Source of the DNA: Mobula hypostoma
Taxonomy: Eukaryota
Direction: 5' to 3'
Assembly (NCBI RefSeq): GCF_963921235.1
Contig: NC_086101.1
Coordinates: 11,534,001 to 11,598,000, forward strand
DNA: 64,000 bases
In this document: positions 1 to 10,818 of the stretch, piece after piece
How the letters are laid out: every line of letters begins with the position of its first letter
Numbering within the stretch: the stretch's first letter is position 1
Translations under genes and position numbers: made by a program
Notes under the pieces: model-generated
What the model saw: the letters and a program-made list of their open reading frames with translations, nothing else
The model's database searches: none
Told to the model about the DNA's origin: nothing

Positions 1-487
1 CCATCCCAAGTCCAGAAGAAAGGATAGAGCCTCCCCGTGAATTTATTCCCAGTGAAGGTGTGGAGATGGGAGTTGGTCTCTGCGCTGTAAAACGAAACTG
101 TCCCGGACTCGTAACTGAGATAAACCCCCACCCTCCCGGGGATGGTATTAGCAGGGAGACGGGATGGAGGGGAGGTGAAAACATAAAATTCATCATCCCG
201 CTGCCAGATGGTCCAGAACCCATTCTTTGGTATTAGTTTGATGTCTGCGCTCCTCTCCGGGGACTCTGTGGTGACTCCCAAACACCAGCCCTGATTCCCC
301 GCCACCTCCACCTCCCAGTAATGTCTGCCCGATGTGAATCCCTCCCGTCCCAGCTCACAAGGCCCATTTGTGATCCCTTTCCCAGTGTCCGGAAGACTCC
401 TCAGGGTCCTGGCACAACTTGCACTTTTCTGATCGTCAGACACGCCGAGCTCCACAGCCGCTGTTTCCACATCCAGGGCGACAGAGA
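1..487 (-). CDS. TRIM-A exon 6, PRY-SPRY (B30.2) domain; runs off window edge
   Basis: Acceptor ctcacAG at 488-489. Manual translation VSVALDVETA...GFTSGRHYWEVEV...GFWTIW...RVGVYLSYESGTVSFY...LYPFFWTWDG has no stop. Phase 1 matches the exon at 5186-5286. Confidence 0.93.
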
Positions 488-1859
488 CTGTGAGGGAAAG
501 CAGATGAATTAGAGTCCCTGGGGATCGGGAAGTGTGGAAGAGTGTTCGCACATAGCACAGCCCTGGGTCCAGGAGAGAGGCTGCTGGATCTTTGTTAGAA
601 TTCATTCAGATGCAACAAGCAGATAACAATCTTCTCCCGGGAGCTTTCTCTGGACAGAAGAGTGGAGGGAAGGGTGGGGGTATGGATGGCAAACACGATC
701 AGAGAGAGTGGAGGATTGTGGAATGTGGAAGTGAACAGAGAGCTGTGCTCGGTATTAAAATGCTGAGAGTAAGTCAATGGAAAAGAGGCACAGGGCCCGG
801 GTCCAAGACTGAGCAACTACCCAAGGGCTGGCCAATTTTTTAAGTGCCGGGCCAGATTGAAAAGGTCAGAGTGTCTGGGCCAGAGGGGAGGGACAGGATG
901 GTTTACTCCTCTCTGCGCTGAACTGAAGCCGTGGCCTGCAGAGTTAAAAATACACGTGGACTAAGATGTTAACTGTCCTGTGCTATCACCAGTGTGGTCA
1001 TCAGTTGATCTTCAGGAGCTTCAGCCCGCTTATGATCAAGACTCCCTCGAGGTGGTGGGCCAGCACCACCTCCCACTGGTGAGCTTAAAAACTTGGCATC
1101 TGCCTCTATCAGAGTTGTTGGTCACTTCCATCCAACAGATAGTCTACTCTTCAGGTGTCTATGCAACTACTGCAGGGTTTGCAAGATATGTATACACTGT
1201 CTGACTATCTGCCCCTCTGGACATACTTGGTCCACACCCATGCTGATCCTGTCTCTGCTGCAACCCTGCTGGTAATAAGCTCAGGTATCGGCTGCAGTGA
1301 TGACTGGCTTTGTGGCCGTGCACTCACTTTAGTGAACTTCCATTCTGAACACTTTTATAATTTGCACGATTGGGTATTTGACAGTCTTTGTTTAATGGGT
1401 TCTATTGGGTTTCTTTGTTTTATGGCTGCGTGCAAGGAGACAAATCGAAGGTTGTGTACAGTATACATACTTTGATAATAAATGTAGTGAGATTGGTGGG
1501 GGAGGGAAGTTCTTGGTTTACTTCAAGTGGAGATTCATATCAGTTTGCAAGTTCAATGATCTGACGGTGGTGTGGAACTGGCACTGGAAAGGGATAGAAA
1601 CCTGGGGCAGATGAGCCATGATTATACTCCTGCTCGTGATTCTGAGAGAGAGAGGGGTGCTTTGACCATGTTGGGGTTGAATGACTGGGTGTAAATCAGA
1701 ATGGGTGGAGGCACAGAATTGTATGATCACTGAGGGAGAGGAGATTCACAAGTAGGAAAAACAAACTTAATGCCCGACAAGTTATAGGAAATTAATTTTG
1801 ACTAAGTAGGGGCCAAATTGTCAACCCAATGTAGCACAACCAACCTCTTTGCAGACCAT

Positions 1860-2075
1860 AAACACAAGAGATTATGCAGATGCTGGAATTGCAGAGTAAC
1901 ACACTCAGCAGGTCAGGCAGCATCTATGGAACGGAATAAAGAGTTGAAGTTTCAGGCCAAGACCTTTCATCACTGCAGGATCCATCATGGTCTCAACCTA
2001 AGACACCAATACTTTATTCCTTTCCATAGATGACGCCTGAATACTGAGCTCCTCCAGGATTTTGTGCGTGTGTTA
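1860..2075. mobile_element. Penelope-derived palindromic element (MER6-like) with decayed hammerhead motif
   Basis: Arms ctcagcaggtcaggcagcatctatggaa / ttccatagatgacgcctgaatactgag. Minus strand 1942-1975 reads gtgatga-aaggtcttggcct-gaaa-c-ttc. Confidence 0.65.
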
Positions 2076-2482
2076 CTCTTTTGACACTATCAGAACTTCT
2101 TGATGTGCACAAAATACTTCATGGTCAAAAACAATTGCACATTGCACATGATTAATGAACATTAACAATTAACTTGAACAATCTGTCACCTTAGAACCTA
2201 CAATTGCAATAAATATGAGCAGGAATAAGTATTCTGGGCCTTTGTGTCGGCCCCCGTTCATTCAGATGATAGCTGACCTCCTACTCAGCGCCATTTTGCT
2301 GCACTATGCCCACATTCCCCCTAATTCCCTTCATATCCAAAAACCTATCGTCCCCATTTCAAATTAAATCAATGACCGTGCCCCCTCAAGCCTCTAGATG
2401 AAGGAGTGTCTCCTCATCTCTGCTCTAAATGGTCTACCACCTATCCTGAGGTTGTGATCCCTGGTTCCAGACACACATAGCT

Positions 2483-4680
2483 GTAGAAAAGCACAGCACA
2501 GAAAAAGCCCATCTAGTCCATTTCAGACCATTTAACCTGCCCAGTCCCATTGACCTGCACCTGAACCATAGCCCTCCATACCCTTCCCAACCATGGACCT
2601 ATCCAAATGTCTCTTAAACATTGACATTGAGCTCACATGCATCACCTGCGTTGGCAGCTCATTCCACACTCTCACGACTGAGTGAACAAATTTCTTCTCA
2701 TGTTCCCCTTAAACCTTTCACCTTTCACCCTTAACCCCTTGTCCTCAGGTTGTAGTCCCACACAACCTCAGTGGAAAATAACCTGCTCGCTTTTACCCTA
2801 TTTATACCCCAAATAATTGTGTATACCTCTATCAAATCTCCTCTCAATCTTCTATGGTCTAAAGAATACAGTCCTAGCCCATTCAATCTTTCCTTCTAAG
2901 TCGGGTCCTCCAGACACACCAACATCCTCCTACATTTTTTCGGCAATCTTTTAAACTTGTTTATTTCTTTCCCGTAGGTAGGTGACCAAAACTACACACA
3001 GAACCCTAGATTAGATCTCACCAACATCATACACAATTTCAACATAACATCCCATCTTCCATACTCAATAAATTAATTTATGGAGGCCAACATGCCAAAA
3101 GCTTTCTTTACGACCTACCCTGGTTTGCCCTACCAAAGTGCAAAACCTTGCACTTGTCTGCCATTTTTCCAGCTGATATAGATCCCTCTGCCATGATAGC
3201 CTTCCCTACTGTCCACTACACTCCCAATCTTGGTGTCATATGAAAATCTGCTGATTCAGTTAACCACATTATCATCCAGATCATTGGTATAGATGACAAA
3301 GCACAAAAGACCCAACACCAATCCCTGCAGCACACCATCAGTCACAGGCCTCCAGTCAGAGAGGCCACCATCTACTACCACTCTCTGGCTTCTCCCACAA
3401 AGCCAATGTCCAATCCAATTTACTACCTCATCCTGAATGCCGAGCGACTGAACCTTCTTGACCAACCTCTCATGTGGAACCTTTTCAAATGCTTTACTAA
3501 AGTCCATGTAGACAACATTCACTGCTTTGCCTTTAGCAACTTTCCTCGTAACTTCCTCAAAAAAACCCTAAGACTGGTTAGATATGACCTACCATGCATG
3601 AAGCCAAGGTGGCTGTCCTTAATCAGTCCATATTTATCCAAATGCTTATACATTCGGCCCCTTAGAATACTTTCCAATAACTTTCCCACAACTGATGTCA
3701 GACTCACTGGCCTACAATTTCCTGGTTTATGTTTAGGGCCTTTTTTAAACAGCGTAAAAACATTGGCTCTCCTCCAATCCTCTGGTACCTCTCCTGTAGC
3801 TAAAGATGATTTAAATATCTCCACTCAGGCACCAGCAATTTCTGCATTTGTCTCCTGTAGGGCCCAAGGGAACACCTTGTCAGGCCCTGGGAATTTATCC
3901 ACCTTGATTTGCCTCAGGGTAGCAAACATCTCATTCTCTGTAATCTGTACAGGGTCCATGCAGTCGATGCCACTTTGCCTCACTTCTATAGACTCTGTGT
4001 CCATCTCCTGACTAAATACAGATGCAAAAGATTCATTTAAGATCTCCCCCATCTCTTTTGCATCCATTCATGGTTTAATATTCTGTACTTCCAGACGACT
4101 AATTTTGTCCCTTGGTCTTAACTTATCTGTAAAATCCCTTAGGATTCTCCTTCACCTTGTCGGCTAGAGCAAGTTCATGCCCTCTTTTAGCACTTCTGAT
4201 TTCTAGCTGAAATGTTCACTTGCATTTCTTATGTTCCATAAGCACCTCATTGGTTCCTACCTGCCTACACCTGCTATGCACCTCCTTTCTTTCTCTTAAC
4301 CAAGGCCTCAATATCTCTCGAAAACCAAGGTTCCCTTTTCACCTGTTATCCTTACCTTTTATTCTGACAGGTACATACAAACTTTGTACTCTCAAAATTT
4401 TGTCTTTGAAAGCCTCCCACTTGTAACAACTACACCTTTGCCAGAAAACAGTCTGTCCCAATCCACACTTGTCGGATCATTTCTGATACCATCAAAATTG
4501 GCCTTTCCCCAATTTAGAATCTCAACCCGTGGACCACACCGTGCATTTTGAAACTAATGGCATCATGGTCACTGGATGTAAAGTGTTCCCCTAAGCAGAG
4601 TTCTGTCGCCTGCCCTGTCTCATTCCCTATTAGCAGATCCACTATCGCATGCTCTCTCATTGGGGCTTCTACGTACTGAA
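2483..4680 (-). mobile_element. CR1 LINE, decayed ORF2 and 3' end
   Basis: ORF fragments VYMDFSKAFEKVPH, GEVPEDWRRANV, NCRPVSLTSVVGKLLE, HFTSSDHDAI; CR1-type 3' tail near 2483. Confidence 0.9.
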
Positions 4681-5185
4681 ACATACATTGGAATGCCTCT
4701 TTTGCATCCACGACCAACCTTGTCCAAGAATGCAGACCACAAGAGCTGCTGTGCTTCTGGCGCCAACATAGCATGCCTACAACTTAGTACAGCTTTGGGA
4801 TGTGAGAGGAAGGTGGAGCACCCAGACGAAACGCACGCAGTCACAGAGGGAACGGACAGATCCCAGTGGGAATTAAACTGGTGATCACTAGTACAGAAAA
4901 AGCAATGCACTAAGTGCTACTCTATGGCGCCATCTATTGGGGTATTTGAGAAGGACAGAAGGGCCCAAGGTACAGAGTAATCAAGCAGTACAGTGTACTG
5001 GTTGTATTGTGACCCTGTCCTGGTGTGTTCAGGAGTCTGACATCTCCCACTGACAATGGGAAAGTGAGGTTGGGTTGGTACCAGAATTAAACTTCCATTC
5101 TCCTTCAGCCCATTACTATTGTGATTTGTTGCAATGAATTGTTACTTAAATTTGTCGAGGACAAAGGAATTTGTGTAGGTTTTAC

Positions 5186-5286
5186 CTTGTGTAACAGCAT
5201 CAACAATTCCTCTCCACACTGTGGACAATGTCTTCGCACAAAGGGCGCCTTCTACCACTGGAAACACCGGTGTATCCTTATTAACC
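5186..5286 (-). CDS. TRIM-A exon 5 (101 nt linker)
   Basis: ttgcAG...caag|GTaaaa; encodes (R)VNKDTPVFPVVEGALCAKTLSTVWRGIVDAVTQ; phase 2 to 1; homologous to 35857-35972. Confidence 0.85.
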
Positions 5287-5382
5287 CTGCAATTGTTTAA
5301 CAGTTGGTTATAAGCTAGGCATCAGAAAGTTGTGAATTATCTTTCAAATCCATGCAGAATCTTACTGAAGAGCATGTCCTAC

Positions 5383-5405
5383 CTTGTCTTCCGGCGAGCC
5401 TCCTC
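5383..5405 (-). CDS. TRIM-A exon 4 (23-nt microexon)
   Basis: tttcAG|gaggaggctcgccggaagacaag|GTagga = EEARRKT(R); paralogous exon at 36552-36574. Confidence 0.88.
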
Positions 5406-5865
5406 CTGAAATAATTAAAAACCACAGATCTGAATCGACTGAGACTGACCAACCACATCCTGACAGACGGAATTCTGCCCAGATTATTACAAGTTGCTTA
5501 AAGTTCTCATCAGTCTGGCTGGCACATAACCAGAGAGAGGAAATGCCAACAAGTACAGTACCCTGGAGTTACTCACCACCAGGTTTAAAAACAGTTACTT
5601 CCCTTCAGCCATTCGGTTCTTGAACCAACCCTGGTTACTGCAGTTCAGCAACACTATGACCACTTTGAAAAGACCAGAAGACATAGGAATGGAAGTAGGT
5701 CGTTTGGCCCATCAAAGCTGATCACCATTCAATCCTAGCTGATTAACTATCCCTCTCAACCCAACCCCCTTCTCCTGGCTTCTCTACATAACTTTTGACA
5801 CCCTTACTAATCAAGAACCTATCAACCTCTGCTTTAAACTGACCCGATGATTTGGCCTCCACACT

Positions 5866-8218
5866 GGACTGGGTTTTGAGCAATGAGGAAGGGTTAATTA
5901 GCGATCTTGTCGTGAGAGGCCCCTTGGGTAAGAGTGACCATAATATGGTGGAATTCTTCATTAAGATGGAGAGTGACATAGTTAATTCAGAAACAAAGGT
6001 TCTGAACTTAAAGAGGGGTAACTTTGAAGGTATGAGACGTGAATCAGCTAAGATAGACTGGCAAATGACACTTAAAGGATTGACGGTGGATATGCAATGG
6101 CAAGCATTTAAAGGTTGCATAGATGAACTACAATTGTTCATCCCAGTTTGGCAAAAGAATAAATCAAGGAAGGTAGTGCACCCGTGGCTGACAAGAGAAA
6201 TTAGGGATAGTATCAATTCCAAAGAAGAAGCATACAAATTAGCCAGAGAAAGTGGCTCACCTGAGGACTGGGAGAAATTCAGAGTTCAGCAGAGGAGGAC
6301 AAAGGGCTTAATTAGGAAGGGGAAAAAAGATTATGAGAGAAAACTGGCAGGGAACATAAAAACGGACTGTAAAAGCTTTTATAGATATGTAAAAAGGAAA
6401 AGACTGGTAAAGACAAATGTAGGTCCCCTGCAGACAGAAACAGGTGAATTGATTATGGGGAGCAAGGACATGGCAGACCAATTGAATAGTTACTTTGGTT
6501 CTGTCTTCACTACGGAGGACATAAATAATCTTCCAGAAATAGTAAGGGACAGAGGGTCCAGTGGGATGGAGGAACTGAGGGAAATACATGTTAGTAGGGA
6601 AGTGGTGTTAGGTAAATTGAAGGGATTGAAGGCAGATAAATCCCCAGGGCCAGATGGTCTGCATCCTAGAGTGCTTAAGGAAGTAGCCCAAGAAATAGTG
6701 GATGCATTAGTGATAATTTTTCAAAACTCGTTAGATTGTGGACTAGTTCCTGAGGATTGGAGGGTGGCTAATGTAACTCCACTTTTTAAAAAAGGAGGGA
6801 GAGAGAAACCGGGGAATTATAGACCGGTTAGCCTAACGTCGGTGGTGGGGAAACTGCTGGAGTCAGTTATCAAGGATGTGATAACAGCACATTTGGAAAG
6901 TGGTGAAATGATCAAACAAAGTCAGCATGAATTTGTGAAAGGAAAATCATGTCTGACGAATCTCATAGAATTTTTTGACGATGTAACTAGTAGAGTGGAT
7001 AGGGGAGAACCAGTGGATGTGGTATATTTGGATTTTCAAAAGGTTTTTGACAAGGTCCCACACAGGAGATTAGTGTGCAAACTTAAAGCACACAGTATTG
7101 GGGGTAAGGTATTGGTGTGGGTGGAGAATTGGTTAGCAGACAGGAAGCAAAGAGTGGGAATAAACGGGACCTTTTCAGAATGGCAGGCGGTGACTAGTGG
7201 GGTACCGCAAGGCTCAGTGCTGGGACCCCAGTTGTTTACAATATATATTAATGACTTGGATGAGGGAATTAAATGCAGCATCTCCAAGTTTGTGGATGAC
7301 ACGAAGCTGGGTGGCAGTGTTAGCTGTGAGGAGGATGCTAAGAGGATGCAGGGTGACTTGGATAGGTTGGGTGAGTGGGCAAATTCATGGCAGATGCAAT
7401 TTAATGTGGATAAATGTGAAGTTATCCACTTTGGTGGCAAAAACAGGAAAACAGATTATTATCTGAATGGTGGACGATTAGGAAAAGGGGAGGTGCAACG
7501 AGACCTGGGTGTCATTATACCAGTCATTGAAAGTGGGCATGCAGGTACAGCAGGCGGTGAAAAAGGCGAATGGTATGCTGGCATTTATAGCAAGAGGATT
7601 CGAGTACAGGAGCAGGGAGGTACTACTGCAGTTGTACAAGGCCTTGGTGAGACCACACCTGGAGTATTGTGTGCAGTTTTGGTCCCCTAATCTGAGGAAA
7701 GACATCCTTGCCATAGAGGGAGTACAAAGAAGGTTCACCAGATTGATTCCTGGGATGGCAGGACTTTCATATGAAGAAAGACTGGATGAACTGGGCTTGT
7801 ACTCGTTGGAATTTAGAAGATTGAGGGGGCATCTGATTGAAACGTATAAGATCCTAAAGGGATTGGACAGGCTAGATGCAGGAAGATTGTTCCTGATGTT
7901 GGGGAAGTCCAGAACGAGGGGCCACAGTTTGAGGATAGAGGGGAAGCCTTTTAGGACTGAGATTAGGAAAAACTTCTTCACACAGACAGTGGTGAATCTG
8001 TGGAATTGTCTGCCACAGGAAACAGTTGAGGCCAGTTCATTGGCTATATTTAAGAGGGAGTTAGATATGGCCCTTGTGGCTACGGGGGTCAGGGGGTATG
8101 GAGGGAAGGCTGGGGCGGGGTTCTGAGTTGGAGGATCAGCCATGATCATAATAAATGGCGGTGCAGGCTCGAAGGGCCGAATGGCCTACTCCTGCACCTA
8201 TTTTCTATGTTTCTATGT
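5866..8218 (+). mobile_element. Young 5'-truncated CR1 LINE (copy A) in TRIM-A intron 3
   Basis: 612-aa and 205-aa ORF2 pieces (SPGPDG, NYRPVSLTS, GVPQGSVLGP, FVDD), frameshift near 7519, (ttctatgt) tail. Interrupts an older antisense CR1 3' remnant (about 5670-5865 and 8219-8377). Confidence 0.95.
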
Positions 8219-8440
8219 AATGAATTCCTCTCAGATTCGCCACCCCCGAAGAAAGAAATTCCTTCTCACCTCTGTCCATGTATTGTGAGGCTGTGCCCTG
8301 TGGTCCTCAACTCCCTCACTGTAGGAAACATCCTCTCCACATCCACTCTATCTCAGCCTTTTAATTTTCCATAGGTTTCAATGCTGTACGGCGTGATACT
8401 GTGACACTGCAGCCATTGCACCTGTGCATTCTTGTACTTT

Positions 8441-8656
8441 TGACAGTAAACTTGACTTTGACGTTCTTACAATAAGGACGTAGAACCACAAGAGGAAGTA
8501 CAAAGAAATAGTGTGAAATTTGTGCCATATCTGAGAGTATGCATACGAGTACTTGCGCATATGACAGTAAACTTGACTTTGAGGTTATTGCAGACAGGAC
8601 CTAAAACCGCAAGAGGAATACGAAGAAATTCTGTTAAAATTGTGCCATATCTGAGA
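8441..8656. repeat. Diverged tandem duplication, about 120-bp period
   Basis: tgacagtaaacttgactttga at 8441 and 8562; tgtgccatatctgaga at 8521 and 8641. Confidence 0.8.
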
Positions 8657-9229
8657 CTGAACCTCACAGGAGATACTGACCAGGTTCAGTATTTTTCAGC
8701 TGGACAAAATATCAGATGGATTTAATTGGGTGGGATAGAGGAAGTATCTCTATTCGTGGGAAGAGGAAAAATCAAAACTCAAAAGGTAATCATTGAACAG
8801 TAATTACCACAGGAATTCAGTGAAAAGAACACTAAGTTTTCTACCACAGATAATTTGAGGGAATTATAGACAAAATAAAACACATGGGAATGTGGAATTC
8901 AGGACATTGTTGATGGGTGAAGAACTGTGTTGAAAGAGAGTACGTCTGTGCAATAGCACTGACAGGGAAAGAGGAGCTGGACAGAATGGAATCTTGCAGG
9001 AGACAATAAACTTGGGAAACAGAAATGATCAAAAAGTCCGTATCAAGGTCACACCAACTCGTTTCTGAGCAGGTACCCAAAGGTCCCGGTATTTCAGAAA
9101 ATTTTGAAACTTAGCCCCCCAGAATGGACAAAATATGTCCAGTTTAGATCAGTGCTGAATTTTTGCTGGAATCTGTACTGAATTCAAAACATCCACCCAC
9201 CATTTTGTGACACATCACTCTGTGAACTT

Positions 9230-9645
9230 AGAACATATACAGGCCCTTCTGCCCACGTTGTGCCAAATTTTTCACCTACTGTAAGATCATTCTAATCCAT
9301 TCTGCCTCCATAGCCCTCCATTTTTCTGTCATCCATGTGACCATCAAAGAGAGTCCCTAATGTATCTGCATCTACCACCACCCCTAGCACAGCGTTCCAC
9401 TCACTCACCACTCTCTGTGTAAACAAAACCTTATTGCTGATACTCCTATGCATTCCACCAATCCCCTGTATTAGCCATTTCCGCCTTGGGGAGAGGTCTC
9501 TGGCTGCCCACTCTATCTACACCTTTATCAGGTAGCATCTCGTTCTCCTTTGCCCCAAAGAGAAGAGCACTAGCTCGCTCAACTGACCATCATAAAATAC
9601 ACCCTCTAATCAAGGCAGCGTACTGGTAGAACTCCTCTGCACCCT
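9230..9645 (-). mobile_element. CR1 3' fragment
   Basis: Antisense CR1 3' UTR and ORF2 end (ttccactcactcaccactctctgtgt), similar to other copies in the window. Confidence 0.7.
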
Positions 9646-9757
9646 GGTTTAAATCAATTCTGAATTGCTGGCGAAAGCTGTACTTAATTCAAAAACTTCC
9701 ACCCACTGTTCCATGTCTTACACGTTCACTGCTCCAGACTGAAACACAGTCCCTCAC

Positions 9758-9991
9758 CTTCAGAATTGTCACACTGTCATTTTGATCCATCTGTTTCTGT
9801 AACCTTGCGATTTCCTCCTCAATAGAACTCAAATTCTCGTGAATCTCTCGAAGGCTTTTCTCCATTGGATTCAGAATCCTCTCCTCTTCTTCCGTGAGAT
9901 CTCGGAGTAAGCGTTGCTCTTTCTCGGTGAGAATCTGGTGCAGTTTAGCAAACTGGGACTTGATGTGGGACTGAATGCTGTGTGATAGGCC
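9758..9991 (-). CDS. TRIM-A exon 3 (234 nt, coiled-coil)
   Basis: ggcAG|GLSHSIQSHIKSQFAKLHQILTEKEQRLL...VTILK|GTgagg; same length as paralog 38595-38828. Confidence 0.93.
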
Positions 9992-10319
9992 CTGCCAAAT
10001 GAAGCCGTGCATTAATAGATATGTCACTGAATTTGGATTTCTTTGCCTTATAGAAGGTGGGCATTTGGCCCATCAACACATATGCTTTCATTTGGAGCAA
10101 TTCCACCAACCCCAACCACCCGTCCTGTTTCCCTGCAGCTTATTATACTGTACTTCATTTGGTCACTAACTACCGCTGGTTCACCTACCACAGAATACAG
10201 TGCAGTAGCCAACCAGCCATGCATGGGTGGAATGAGAAATTAAACCAAGATGGTGACAGGGAAAATGTGCACACAGCTAGCAACAAAGAATCAAACTCAT
10301 GAAATGGGAGCGAGGAGAA

Positions 10320-10818
10320 AGCCTACACAGTAGAGAATACAGCCCGATCCATCACAGGCAAAGCCTTCCCCACCACTGAACAGAATGGAACACTCCCCAC
10401 CATGGAGGGCTACCACCAGAAAGCAGCATTCACCATCCAGGATTCCCACTGTTTAGGCCTTGCTGGTGCCCTCAGGAAGAAAGTGCAGGAGCCTTAGGTC
10501 CCACAGCATCACGTTCAGGAACAGTTGTTACACTTCAACCATCAGGTTCCCAGATCAGCGTGGCGGATAACTTCACTCACCTCAACATTCAACTATTCCA
10601 CAACCTAGGGGCTCACTTTCAAGACCTCTACAACTCAAGTTCTCAATATTTATCATTTATTTATTATGAGTATTTGTAATTTTACAACCTGTCTTCTTAT
10701 GCACATTGGCTGATTATCCATCTTAGTTTGTGTATGTTTTTTTAAATGATTCTATTTTATTTCTTTGTATCGACTGCAAGAAAATGAATCTCGAGGTGGT
10801 ATATAATGACATACATTT
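10320..10818 (+). mobile_element. Rex1/Babar-type LINE 3' part (tail resumes at 13902-13932)
   Basis: Decayed RKAA/FRNS C-terminal motifs and tail gcaagaaaatgaatctc...gacatac|atgtactttgataacaaatttactttgaac, split by the element at 10819-13901. Confidence 0.7.

Noticed and set aside
7478..8149. Long antisense ORFs (223 aa here; 230 aa at 24840-25532; 201 aa at 3406-4011)
   Set aside because: Shadow frames of CR1 ORF2 with no independent protein features.
8441..8656. Repeat-spacer pattern resembling CRISPR
   Set aside because: Only two units, the spacers are homologous, and the context is a eukaryotic intron.
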